DNA of 64,000 bases from Azolla caroliniana (lineage: Eukaryota; Plantae; Polypodiophyta): the NCBI GenBank assembly GCA_043228905.1, contig JBHGNT010000004.1, forward strand, positions 21,204,001-21,268,000. The letters are read 5' to 3'. A program made the translations under genes and the position numbers. Of the stretch, positions 40,047 through 52,800 are shown piece by piece. The stretch's first letter is position 1. Every line of letters starts with the position of its first letter. A model generated the notes under the pieces. It was not told where the DNA came from. It saw nothing but the letters and a program-made list of their open reading frames with translations, and searched no databases.

Positions 40047-41300
40047 TGTTGGGATGGGTGAGAGTAGTTCGATGCAGCAAACAACTTGAGAATCGTGAAT
40101 GGTTAGCAAGAAGATTGTGTCCAAACTGTAAAGAATCGATGGTGATTCTTATGCAGCGGAATAGGTTAGAGATATGTGTTATGTGTGTGTGTGTGTGAGA
40201 GAGAGAGAGAGGAGAGGAGAGAGACACAAGATCGATAATGGAAAATACTCAAGAGGATTGTATATTACAGAGGAGATTAACCAACACATTACCAAGTAGG
40301 AGGAGAGTGTTTTATATAGTCACTCTCTCTCTTCACTAACTACTGAAGCTCGTGAGTCATGGGGAATGTGGAAACTCATTAGTTATGTGTAATAGAATAT
40401 GATTCTATGACACATAGTTAATGTGTAAAGAGTAGTGATGTGACTTTTGACCTTTGAGTGTTCATACACTCTCAAGGGCGTGTTCACACACTAGGCTAGG
40501 TTGAGTTTGATTCTTAGCACGCCCCCTCAAGCTCAACTTTGGTCGGCTTGTTTGCTTCGACTGGTACCCGATTCGAACGATATTCGGTTCTCTCTGTTTG
40601 GTGTCCGCTTCAACTGATACCCGGTTCGGACATACTCCCCCTCAAGCTTGGCAAGTCACGGATCATCAATCCAAGGTCTAACATGAATTCTCGAAGCTTG
40701 TCAGCCCCTAGGGCTTTGGTGAAGATGTCGGTTGTCTGAAGATTCGTGTTGATGTGTTGAAGGTCGACATCTCTAGCTTGAACACGCTCTCAAACGAAGT
40801 GATAGTGCACTTCGATATGCCTTCGTGCGTGCATGGAACAACAGGTTCCGAGCCAAATGAATATTGCTCATGTTGTCGCAGTAAAGGGGAGTCAGATATT
40901 TGATGGAACACCCATATCCTTCAATATCCTCTTGACCCATACGGCTTCACATGCAGCCACAACCACGCCCCTGTATTCGGCCTCTGTGCTCGAAAGAGGG
41001 ACGATTGGTTGCTTCTTGCTACTCCAAGAGATGGCTCCACTTCCAAGGGAGAAGACAAAACTAGAGATTGATCGTCGATTGGCTTTGTAGCCGGCCCAAT
41101 TGGCATATGTGTACCCTTCGAGTTGAATTTGTGTGGCCGACTTATAGAGAATGCCATAGTCCATCGTTCCACTCACATATCGTAGCACTCGCTTAGCACA
41201 ATCCAAATGGATATCTCGTGGAGTTTGCACGAATTGGCTAAGGAGGCCGACCGAATAGCTCAGGTCGGGTTGAGTGATCGTGAGGTAGATGAGGCTCCTT
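40047..41300 (-). mobile_element. Ty1/Copia LTR retrotransposon 3' fragment (RT end/RNase H, PPT, 3' LTR)
   Basis: Minus-strand YLTITQPDLSYSVG, AKRVLRYVSGT, GSGAISWSSKKQPIVPLSSTEAEY, HARTKAYRSAL/TDIFTKALG (frameshifted). Purine tract TTGAGGGGGCG directly precedes an LTR bounded by TG...CA at 40047-40519. Confidence 0.88.
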
Positions 41301-41639
41301 AGGCTGAAAGGAAAGTTGATTTAACAATTTTCACAACTACGTCGTATGGGAACATTGTCCCAATACGAGTTAGATTTATGTAATTTAGTATTACAATACT
41401 TGAGAGAGCTTACCTTACCATATCGGTGCTAATGAAGTAGTGGAGATACCAAGAGTTGTATTATCGTCTTGTTTTATCCATTGGGATATACCAACTCTAG
41501 GAGAAGAAGGAGATGGGGGAGATACCAAGAGCTTTTTCTCTGGGAACAATATAGCTAGAAATGGTTGGAAAATACTAGAAATTATAGTTAAGAGCATTCT
41601 AAAGAAGATTCTTGCCTTGAAGACTACTAACTAGCCCAT

Positions 41640-42163
41640 GATATATATTGGCCCTCCTCAAGGGCTATGCCATTGCTAGGTAGAGGAGCAATGAGTTTTC
41701 CCGCCACAATGCCACTCACACCTCCCTCCTCATACATCTCTCTCGTCTCCTCTTTCTTTGCTCCTTTTCTAATGACTTTTTATTTTTACTTGCTTGCCAA
41801 ATGCAAGTTTATGTTTGTCCTCTTTTTGTTTCACTCATTCAAAATCTATTTCTCTTCAACTTCTTTTGGGGGGACGTTTACCATGATACACCTTCAAAAT
41901 TTGGATATTTACATCAAAACATCCGTCAATTGGCAAAACACAGAGCTTCTTATCCCTACGCCGTGTTGTCACGCATACTATGATTGAACATACAAGTATT
42001 GGAACCCAATGCTAATTGTCCCCCAAGCTAGGATAGGAACCATTAGACCTCATTCATTTCATGTTGGCCATGCGATTATGTTGTTTTGCGTAATTTCAAG
42101 AGATATGGAGATGCAAATAAAAGACAAGATAAAGTCATACAGGAACAATAAAGATAACACAAC
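41640..42163 (+). pseudogene. Inverted, internally deleted partial duplicate of the EVG1-like gene (end of exon 1, intron 1, part of intron 2)
   Basis: 41640-41985 aligns by eye to the reverse complement of ~36255-36690 (GCCCTCCTCA.GGGCTA, CCCGCCACAATGCC, GAGCTTCTTATCCCTAC). 41985-42163 aligns to the reverse complement of ~35445-35625 (GGAACCCAATGCTAA, GTCATACAGGAACAA). Confidence 0.85.
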
Positions 42164-43306
42164 AAGAGGAGGAAAATTAGGGCCAAAACATCGAAAGAGT
42201 AATAACTTAGATGCTCAATTTCATTAATCATGTATGAGTAGGAAACAATTTTGAATAGAGCAAACAATTAAGAAACGGGCTCTTCCAAGAGTGGATAAAT
42301 CGCGATTTGTATCCGAAGGACAGTAAACACAAAATTGATGTTCGTTTGTAAATCACGTTGAAATAATTTGTCTAACCTCTCTCACATTGAAAAGTGTAGT
42401 TTAGTATGGATGATAGTTGAAACCAACACTGTTATTTGTGAGCAATGTTGGCAACCAAAATCTCTGGAGTTTTCTTGCATCCCAAACTTCTTTGATTTCC
42501 CCACGAGGAAACTTAGGATTCATCTATCAACAAATTATCGTAGGAGCAAAAAAACCATGCCCCCAACCACTTGCTAATCTTGCTTTAATGACTAGACTTA
42601 GTTAAAAAAAGTGCAAGTCTATTAGTTGAGTAGACACCAATGGCAAAGTTGAGACCAATAAAAAGTTTTAAAACCTTCAACATGGAACACAATAAAAAGT
42701 TGAGACCAATAAGATATCATAACTTACAAATACATTGGTATAATGGATTAATGCACATATGGCTAGATCATATCTAATGTTAAAAGTGTATAATCATATA
42801 AAGTACAATATTAAGTTTAAGGCGATTAACCCACATCATAATACACAATTGTTTCACACTCAATGTCACTTCTAATGGCATGGAACCATCAATAAGTTTT
42901 CCATGATAACATGGTACGTATTTAGATAAGTTTACAATGATTTCTCTACAAAGATATTGTAAGTTGTACGTGCAATTGTGTATTATTTCTATTATTTACA
43001 TTCTAGTGCTACTCTAGTTCTTGTACTCCAAAGAGATAGAGATATATCATACCACCAAAAGTCGGGAACTAGTTTACAAAACTTTTTGACTCGTGATCAA
43101 CTGCTACACTATATTATTATGTGTTGTTGCATAATAGAACAACTCCCTAAGTTGCCTCCCCTAAGCAAGTAAAACAAAACAAATACATCTATGGACAATG
43201 TCTGAGGAATAATCCCAAGACAATTCGGGGAATGGTAAAAGGACGCATCAATGTACTAGATGTGGTACAAACCAATGATCATGCAAAGTGTCCTCCCCTC
43301 AACCAT

Positions 43307-44905
43307 TCACCTTGTGTTATTGCTCCAAGTGTTGTTTCGATGAAGCTCGCTACCACCATGAATGTTAAACATGTCGGTATGCCTATCATGGCTAATACTG
43401 ACTTGTGAAATATTCCATGGAATATTGTGTGTGTCTCCCATCGAGATTCCATTAGTATCACCACATAACTCTTTCATGTCTTCATTGATCGAGAGTTCAT
43501 TGATATCTCCATGGGTAGTAGTTACTCTGTCTTCATTTTTGTCGTCGTGAACATGATCCAATAGTTCTAAGGGAATATTCTTTTGAGCTCCCATGTCAAG
43601 CTGCTCCAATGGAGCATTCTCAGATGCATCAGTTTGATCCAATGGTGAAATATTCCTAGAATCTTGGTCACGATGGTTATACTCTTTCTCCATGGATACA
43701 ACATGATCCCCCACCAATGTTAATGAGCTACGTTCTTGGTTCATATCTTGGTTCATATCGAAATTTGCCGAGTTAGGATTGATAATATTGATATTAGTAG
43801 ACGAGGATACATTGGCTGAAAAATCAGAGAGCTCGTGATCCTCAATCAATGAGAGAGTCGCAGTGGCCGAGTTGGGAACCGTGTTTGTGCTTAGACGAGG
43901 GGGCAACTGAATATTAGTATCAAATAAGGGGGTTATGAGATGATCATATAGGTTACTAGGGTTAAGGTTGTTATTATATGTGATATGGGTGTGATCTAAG
44001 CTAGTGGTACCATGGGATAACCGAGGGTCGAGGTAAGTGGACGGGCCGACGAGGTTGTCGGAGTTATTGATTAAGAGGTTGTTCATGTGGTGGCTAGCGG
44101 CATTGATCGTGTTGGGCAGGAGGTGGTTAAATGGGCGGACGAGGGGGGGTTTGTGGGCAATGAGAGGGGGGAGGCTATTGAGCTCAAAGAGAGAAGAAGT
44201 GGAGTGGGGGGGTGGGTCATATTGAAGAGAGGAGGACTGCAGAAGGTTGAGGTCATGGGGGAAGTGAGGGAGGGTGGAAGAGAAAGGAGGAGGTGGGAGG
44301 AAGGTAGAGCTCAATCTAGCAAGGATGCTAGATGTGGTGGTGGAGCCAGCAGAAGAGGTGTCATGGAAAGGGGGGTATAAGTATTGATGATGAAGGTGGT
44401 GGTGGTGGCATGGGTCATTCAACCCCAACCCACCCCTAACATTCATGTGCTTGCTAGAAGTTGTACCAATGTTGTGGTTGTTGTTGGCACCAACGGTGGT
44501 ACCCCCACTAGTGTGGAGGCTCGGGCTGCTGCGCTTGTTCTTCCGGCACCCCCCGCCCACGGGCACGTTGCGGAGCGCCCCGCCCTGTGTCCAGTAGCGC
44601 CGGCAGTTCTTGCAGAAGTGCCGCGGCTGCGCCAAGCTATAGTTGTTGTAGTAGCAGAACTTGGTGTTGCTCGATTCGCACCTAGGGCACTTGAGCTGCT
44701 GCTGCTGAGCCAGTTTCTCGGACGTTACTCCTCCTCCTCCTCCCCCGGGGCCACAAACCCCGGCTTGCAAGCCTCCACCCCCCGATCTCGCCACATTGTC
44801 CTTGTCTTTGTCTTTTTCGCTCGTTGTTAATATGTCACACTGCTGCTCGTCCGGTACCAATGCCCGAGCCAATATTACCCCGCCCACGCGATCAACTTGT
44901 TGCAT
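43307..44905 (-). CDS. Dof zinc-finger transcription factor
   Basis: Canonical Dof domain [55 protein letters not shown] in a long open frame. The first in-frame ATG is at 44905, but an upstream small exon cannot be excluded. Confidence 0.93.
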   Translation of the reverse strand: MQQVDRVGGVILARALVPDEQQCDILTTSEKDKDKDNVARSGGGGLQAGVCGPGGGGGGVTSEKLAQQQQLKCPRCESSNTKFCYYNNYSLAQPRHFCKNCRRYWTQGGALRNVPVGGGCRKNKRSSPSLHTSGGTTVGANNNHNIGTTSSKHMNVRGGLGLNDPCHHHHLHHQYLYPPFHDTSSAGSTTTSSILARLSSTFLPPPPFSSTLPHFPHDLNLLQSSSLQYDPPPHSTSSLFELNSLPPLIAHKPPLVRPFNHLLPNTINAASHHMNNLLINNSDNLVGPSTYLDPRLSHGTTSLDHTHITYNNNLNPSNLYDHLITPLFDTNIQLPPRLSTNTVPNSATATLSLIEDHELSDFSANVSSSTNINIINPNSANFDMNQDMNQERSSLTLVGDHVVSMEKEYNHRDQDSRNISPLDQTDASENAPLEQLDMGAQKNIPLELLDHVHDDKNEDRVTTTHGDINELSINEDMKELCGDTNGISMGDTHNIPWNISQVSISHDRHTDMFNIHGGSELHRNNTWSNNTR

Positions 44906-46346
44906 CGCCCCCCGCCCACCCGCCCACCTGCCTGCCTCCTTCCCCCCTAATGTCGGTCCGATCAATTCTCACCCGACCTATCAATCACCCTTAAATCCAT
45001 CACATGAGTTGTTAGCTATCATTTGATTACTGCCGATACATCTCTCGGCAGCATAGTTGCACCCCCGCCCCCCCCATTATATAGTTTAGGAAGATGCAAT
45101 TGGATCAGGGGATGTACATGCAAAAGCAGATTCATCAATGTGCACATGAAAGTACTCTGGTATTTACTAGACCGGGAAACGAATTTATTTACCTAGGAAT
45201 ATAAATTAAAAGAAGCCTCCTGGAGCTGCACTAGCACAATGAGTGCGTTGAAATCTGAAGAAGAGCCTGGCCGAGCCGAGCCGATGATTGTGTAGAAATC
45301 AAAGCGCCTCGTTGAGCCGCAGAAGTTCACCTGATTGTCTAGGAATCGAAACTCCCGTCTACCACCACCACGGAAGAGCACCTCCAGATCGAGATTAATT
45401 ATGTCTCCGGGTATCTATTCATCATTTCAATCGAATTAGGCACATGGTTGATTAAGAGACACCATCCCCTCCCCCCAAAAAAACTGTTTCCCAATGTAAT
45501 TACATCAAACAACTGGTGGGAAATTTGTGGGAAACTGGGATTCAGCAGGGCAAGTTTTATCCTTTTGTTTTCCATGATTTCCCTGTTGCAAATGTCAAAA
45601 ACAGTGTGTGGTTGGGAGATTCGTGGCGAAAGCACGAAAAATCTCGAAGAAGAAATTGAATCAATTAGTGTTGAAAAACAGACTGGGGGGCGATTAATTG
45701 TAGGAAATTGGAGGAAGGGGGTGGGGGGAGAAATGAAGAAGGGATTAGATTTGTAGGTAAAATTGAGAGAGGGTAAATGAAGAGAATCAGAGATGTAGTA
45801 CTGATGAGAGAAGCTTACCTTAGTGGAGCCATCAGGAATTGTGTGTGTACGAGAGAGACAGAAAGAGAGAGGTGTGTGTGTGTGTCAGAAAAGCAAAGCA
45901 GAGAGATGATCATAAAAGTAGCCTTTTTGGCTAAAAATGGCTTTCCTTTATTTACCCACAAACATCACATCCACACACACACCCCAAAGTTGTCTATCTT
46001 TAAGTTAATATTCTTAATCGTTTCCTTTTCGTAGTTAAAATTAATTTGATTATATACCTCAAAGTTGGTAACATTGTTTTGTGGAGGAGACCAAAAGGTC
46101 ACGTGCTCAACCCTTAGCATTTTGCAAGTGGCATCAAGCAAGGAGAGATATATGGGCAGTAAAGACATGTGAGAAGTCAAGGGCTTTATTTAAACTCGCG
46201 CCCGTACGTAGTAGGTACTCGAATACCTTATTACCACAAGGGTAAGTGCGTTGATTGTCCGGAGACTGCAAGGTCATTAGTTCGATACACCAATTATGGC
46301 ATGCAGTTTAGGACGAGCGAGCGAGTTATGGAGTGCAAAAGACATA

Positions 46347-46370
46347 TTTAGGGTTTAGGGTTTAGGGTTT
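46347..46370 (-). promoter_or_regulatory. Telo-box / interstitial telomeric repeat (TTTAGGG)3 in the Dof-MIP2 divergent intergenic region
   Basis: TTTAGGGTTTAGGGTTTAGGGTTT, ~450 bp upstream of the MIP2 ATG. Confidence 0.6.
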
Positions 46371-46817
46371 GTATGGAAAGCCGATGACCTTGCATTTGGC
46401 AAGCTAAATATAGCTCTGGCGCAGTTGGTGCGCCGCCCATTGTGAGACAGAATGAAAGTAGAGGAGAGAGATCAACGGGCGGCATGAACGAGAAGAGAGA
46501 GAGAGAGAGAGAGAGAGACAAGGGAGGAAATGGATTGGCAAAGGGGAAAAAACAACAACAATACAACAATAATAACGTAAGGGCATGGCGAGGAATTAAG
46601 GAAAACCATAGTATTTCTCGAAGGATTTGGAGGGGTTAGTTTCGTAAATTTCCCGAAAGTAGTAGTAGCAGTAGCAGTGGAAGCAGCAGCACTTTCCCTG
46701 TCTTCTTCTCAGAAAAGAAGCGAAGGAAGGCCATCCCTTCGCTTTCCTTCTCCGCTGCTTCCATGCCGATCGCGTCCTGATCGCAGCCGAGCTTCAGAAG
46801 AACCATCTCCCCCCGCA

Positions 46818-49800
46818 ATGGAGGTCTCTCATCGCCTTCTTCTCCACCTCTCTCTCCACGCTTCTGCTTCATGCGACCCTCCTCCTGTTCCCCCCTCTGT
46901 CGAAGATCTCAAGGTAAGTTTCGTTCGTTCGTTCGTTCTTCCTTCCTTTCCTCCCCCCTCCATTCTCTGTCGTCAATTCTTTCTTCTTCATCTTCGATGA
47001 TCATCACTCTGTACCACCACACTGAAGACCGCAAGGTTAGTTCTATTCCTTTCCCCCCTCTTCTTGTACAGGATTTCACCTAATGTATTTGGTTAGCGGG
47101 TTGTGTGATAACACAGAAAATCGCAGATCCAAGGCTCAAACGTTTATCTTTCTTCTCCTCTTCCCATTATAGCCTTTCTTATATGTCTTTTATTGCTTCT
47201 AAGGTTATTTTATCCTATCTCGTTGATAACTGATTTATAAGTAGTTAGATAAATCTTCGTTTTTCCTTGTCTGGAATGGTGGTTTCCGATTAGATCATCA
47301 ACCTCTTCTGAAACTTTGCTGTACTGACATGTGTATTTCTTATTATTAAACAGACGAGAAAGTATTTTTTTTTTCTGATGACGCAAACTACTTTTGCAGG
47401 ACTCTTCATTGCGTAATCCGAGTTTTTTTTCTGGAAAGATCATAGCTGGTAGGTCATCAATCTCTTCTTGAATCTGTCTTTCTCTCCGTATTTCAGAAAT
47501 AACTAAATGGCAATTGATACGAAACAAAAATATTTTTGATGAAAAATAATTCAAAAGCAGAAATATATTTGACGAAAAAATAGAAAACAATGAAAAAGTT
47601 ATGAAACAGAAGGATTTATATGAAGAAAATACAGCCTCAGAAGCATTTGTGATTAAATCCAGCAGGTTTGGGACAATGGTGGAGGGGTCAGAAAGAGATA
47701 AGATTGCAGCAACCAAGGCAATATTTTGTTGCTTCGGATGATGGAAATCATGTAGCAGTTATAGATGGATTCAATATAACATTTCTCTCTAGAGAGAATG
47801 ACTTTGCAAATGCAGTAGGAACCAGCACAAGTAAGCATCAAGGCATTTCTTCTGTGTGTAATAATCAGCTATACATTTCTTAATAATATTAAGGTGTAAA
47901 TGAGGTTGTGCTCCATCAATACAAATTCAACATGAAAAAGAAATTGCTTATAGATATTACTTTGTAAATGAGGTGTCACTTTTCTTTCCTCAGTATAAAT
48001 TCGATGGGATGATCCATTTCTTTTGTGTATGATCACCTACTTTCTTATTAATGGTATGATTTGGGTACAAAAAATGACGTCTCTTTGTGTGTGTGATCTC
48101 AAATATCACAGCGTAAATGAGGCATGAAAATATGCATTGCGTGAGTCATCAATACAAATTAATACATTCTTCTGGGTGTATAATCAGCCACTTCTGTCTT
48201 GTATACATAGGTGTGAGAGTCAGTGCTATATCAAATATGTATCGACTTAGCTTTCATTATGTATATAATCAGCTATTTTTGTCAATCATACTGCTACATG
48301 AATGAGCTGTGATAATCAGTGTTATGAGGAAATTTTAACTTTTTAAAGGTCAATGAGAAATCCTTTATCTCCTGGATATATAAGATGTGAGAATGGATGT
48401 TTTATATCAGTAAATTCCTGAGGACTTTTGTTCTATGAGGTAATTTGACTGGGTAGCTAGATAGTAATCCTGAGCACCTGCATAGGTGTAGTTAACAATT
48501 GGCAACGGTTCGGTTTGGTTCGAGAGTGTCCAAACGGAACCGTTTAAAATTTTTGAAACCCGAACCAAACCGAGCCCCAAAACCATTAGGTAAAAATCTA
48601 AACGGTTAAACCATTAAACCATTAAACCGCTAAAACTGCGGTTTAGTGGTTCGTTTTCGGTTTCAACTTAGGTCGAAATTCAAAATTTAAAATTAATTTT
48701 TTTCACTATTTCAAAATTTAAAGATTTTTCCTGAAATGTGAGAATTAGGCTTAAAAATGAAAAGGTTGTTTAAAAAAAATCAAAAAAAATTAAAAAACCA
48801 TCAAACAGTTAAACCAAACCGATCCGTTCACCCCCAAACTGAACCAAACCATTAAAAAAAACTTGAACCTGAACCGAACCAAACCATTTTTACCGTTAAA
48901 CCGTTGTTGATTGTTAGGTGTAGTCTACCTGTTAATCCACTTTCTTCATTATTCTAGTGCTCTATATTGCATATATGGTATAGGTGGACAAGTGCAATTT
49001 GGAGAACCTATTTAAACCAAAAATTTTGTTGGTGAACTTCACTATTGGTTGGTCAATGTGCTTCGTACTCATTGTTCCCCAGTATGATGGCTGATGCATC
49101 AGATTGTTCCAAGAAGAAAATGTTGGCATAGTGTTTCATTCATGTAGATGTTCAAAATTTAAGCTTATATAGTTTCCAAGTATTTGGCATGCAATATATT
49201 TTTTCAAAAAATGTTGTTGGTTCTGGAAATACTCTAGTGAAGCTCACCGTGGTAGACATATGAAGGTGCCTGAATCAGAAGAATGTTAACACTCTTCTTC
49301 CAATTTATAGAAGGCATTTGAATGTGATGCTGCGTAGGAATTTGTTTAGAGAAGCTTGTTTATAATCTCATTGTAGCATGCAATTAACAATCATAACAAA
49401 CTTCTGGCACATCAAGGTGAACTGTTCGATGCATGTGATAATGTAGGTACTTCAGAGGCTGGATATGTTGTTTATGGAGTTTGGCTAGGGGCGTTGGATA
49501 TATTTGCTGTATTGACAAGCTGTAAACTAATTGTCATGCTTAGTAGTAGTGGGAGAGAGCTTGCGAGAATCTCTCTGCAATGCTGGAAATCCAGTGGACA
49601 TGCTCTTGGAATGTTCATAAAACAGTCTTCAACCTCGGGAAGGTGATGCTCGTCAACATTTTAAGTTGATAAACTTTAGTTTGGTGCACATTAACACAAG
49701 TTTCATGTATGTCAGATATAGTTTAGCAGTTCTTTCATCTGATTGCAATGTCTATCACGTTCAATGTGGGCATGAGGGATTCACTTCAGCAAATCCAAGG

Positions 49801-52800
49801 ATGATTTCATATTCTTCTTTGAAAAAGATGTATCCATGGGGTTTGCTTTGCCACGACCTCAATTCTGAGAAATCAATCCTAGCAGTTGCTGGTTTATCAA
49901 CTGGCAGCAATATTTCAAAATCTGCTGGTGAGTTTTAAACTGAGGGACTCTTCATTTTCTTGAAAAATCAATTTCTACTCTGAAAAGTTCTACAACTGAT
50001 CCATCCCTACCATGCAATAGGATGCTACTGCCTGTCCCTGTGGAAAATCCAAGATTTTTGGGACTCATTGGAGCTGCTCGGATCTACAGATATAATGACT
50101 GATTCTCCAATCATGCCATCTTTTTCACCACTGAAGCTGGTAATGTCACCTTCTTGTCATTATGTAGGGCTAATAGAGTCACGAGCAAGGCTTCGGTTAG
50201 TGTGTGTGCAACAAGCTCAGGGATGGACACTTCAGGAGATCCAAATCACTAAAAATAATGACCATCGCTTAGTTGACACGATGATTGAAACTAAAGATAT
50301 ACTGGAGAAGTCTGTTGGAAAGAAAGAAGATTCAAACTTTTCTTATTTCGAAGTAGCGTCAGAGCCCACATCAAAAGAAGGATTTATGTCAGAAAGCCTA
50401 CATGTAAAAGGAGCTTTCTGGTGGTCAAACAATGCCATTTTTCTTCTCAATGAAGAGGGCTCATTGTTTATGATGTCTCTACCTGAACTCCAGATATCTT
50501 CAAAATTTGTTGGAGGTTTTTCATGTGATGAACTGCAAATAGTTCATGGCAAAAGGAGGTGTATCTTTCTTTTAGATAACATGCAATATGAGACAAGGAC
50601 ATTAAATGAAGTGCCCCAAACAAGTCAAAAATCTGAAAACACTGGTTGGAGACTTCTTTCATTACGTGAACACACAGTGCCTGAACTTTTTGAAGAGTTA
50701 TTGCAGAATGGAAAGTTCGATTTTGCACTCTCATTGGCAGGGACCTATGATCTTGAAAAGGAGAAGGTTTATAAAAGGCGATGGCTGTCTTCTAGCTATG
50801 AGCTGAAAGATATAGAGGAGAATCTTCCTAAAATTCAGGATACGAAATGGCTTCTAAAAGAATGTTTGCAAAGAATATGTCCAAGCATGGAAGCAATGAA
50901 TGGTCTCCTACAACATGGGCTTCATGTTCTTGATCTACTTCTGGGTTCCCACAGTTTTAAACACATGATACAAGATTCTTGGATTGGAGAGCTATGCTTG
51001 AAACGAATCCGGATTTTGCAGTACAGTGATAGGCTTGAAACATACCTCGGTTTAAGCATGGGCAGGTGTACTTATGCATAGAAGCTGAAGTTTACTTTGC
51101 GTTAGATTTGTGCGAACTTGTTAAATTACTAATGCGAGTATCTGCTATTGAATAGGTACAACTCAAAGGATTATAAAATCTTCAGATCGGCACGGCTTCC
51201 TGATGTTGCACTAAGCTTAGCAGGTTCAGGAAAAATAGGATCATTGTACTTGCTGTATAAACACCATATGTACTCTCTAACCCCTTTCCTTCTGAAGATA
51301 TTAGATGCTATTCCTGAAACTATAGGTCCTCATACATATGATAAACTACTACCGCAGCTGGTTCCACCACAGCCTTATATCCCTGGCCGGGAAAGAGACT
51401 GGGTAGAGGATGAGGGCATTGTAAATATTATTGAAAAACACAAGGATGATGAAATAGTTTCTGTAGTAGGCCTACGCGAGAGCACTGAATATTTGGTGAA
51501 AGCATGTATAGGGTTTGCGTGGCCTTCAGAAGAAGAGATGGATGAATGGTATAGAAGACGTGCAACTGAGATAGATTATGTCAGTGGACAACTTGAGAAT
51601 GTTTTAACGTTGCTAGACTTGGGCAAACAAAAGGGATTTGTGAGCTTAGAAAGTATTTGGGAGGATATATCAACCTTGCACTGGGTCACATACAATAGCA
51701 ACGAGGACATAACCGTCAATGTGAGTCTGCAAAACTGGCAGCAGATGTCTGATTATGATAAGTTTAAATATATCATGAAGGATGTAAATGAAGCAAATAT
51801 CTTGGATAGGCTAAAGGAGCAAGCTAGTTCTTTCATGAATCGTAAAACTGTTGCTAATAATCATCAACAAGAAGAGGATTTATTGCTTGTAAAATGGTTG
51901 AAGGATATTGCTCAGAATAATCAGCTGCAAATCTGTGATGTTGTAATGGAGGCATGTAAGGTTACAGGCTGTAATGAGTTTTTTGGCTCAGAAATCGAAT
52001 GCATCAAGGCCGGTTTAGATTGTGTCTACATTTGTAGCAGAACAGATCAGTGGGATTTAATGATGTCAATTTTATCAAAACTTTCATCCTTATGCTTACT
52101 TTCACAATCAAATAACCAAACAGATCAACGCCGTGGTGATGAGCATTTCATGAAAGATGTTCGTGAAGGAGCTTGGGGAGGATCAGGATTATCTATGAAA
52201 GGGGAGCATATTGCTCTTAACAGAAAAATTCAACAGGCCATTAACCATGTTGAAGCTGGAAGGTTACTATCACAATACCAGGTAGTACAATTCATTGCTA
52301 ATATTTCAGGTAAACATGTTTTTGTCTTATTGCACCATTGTTGGGCTACAGGTACCAAAGGCCATAGGGTTCTTTGAGGCCACACAGGATGAGAGGGGTG
52401 TGAAACAGCTTATTATCCTAATGCTAAGCAAATTCAGTCGTCGCCAGCCAATGCGATCAGATGCAGAGTGGGCTTCCATGTGGGATGATCTGCAGAGGCT
52501 TCAATCTAAAGCATTTACTTTCTTGAATAAGCAGTTTCTTTTTTTAGAGTACTATAGGGGCCTTCTTAAAGCAGGAAAATTCTCTCTAGCAAAGTCTCAA
52601 TTACGATCTGTAGGAAACAGTCTACTATCACGGGAGAGAGCAGAATCAATCATTATTCAAGCCGCAAGAGAATACTTCTATTCGTCCTCGAGTTTGGATT
52701 CACCAGAGGTATGGCAATTGCAATTGTTTTTTACCTGCGTCTATATCAAAAGGAGCTTAACTTGTAGTAGCAGTGGCAATGCTAAAACTACAATGACCGT

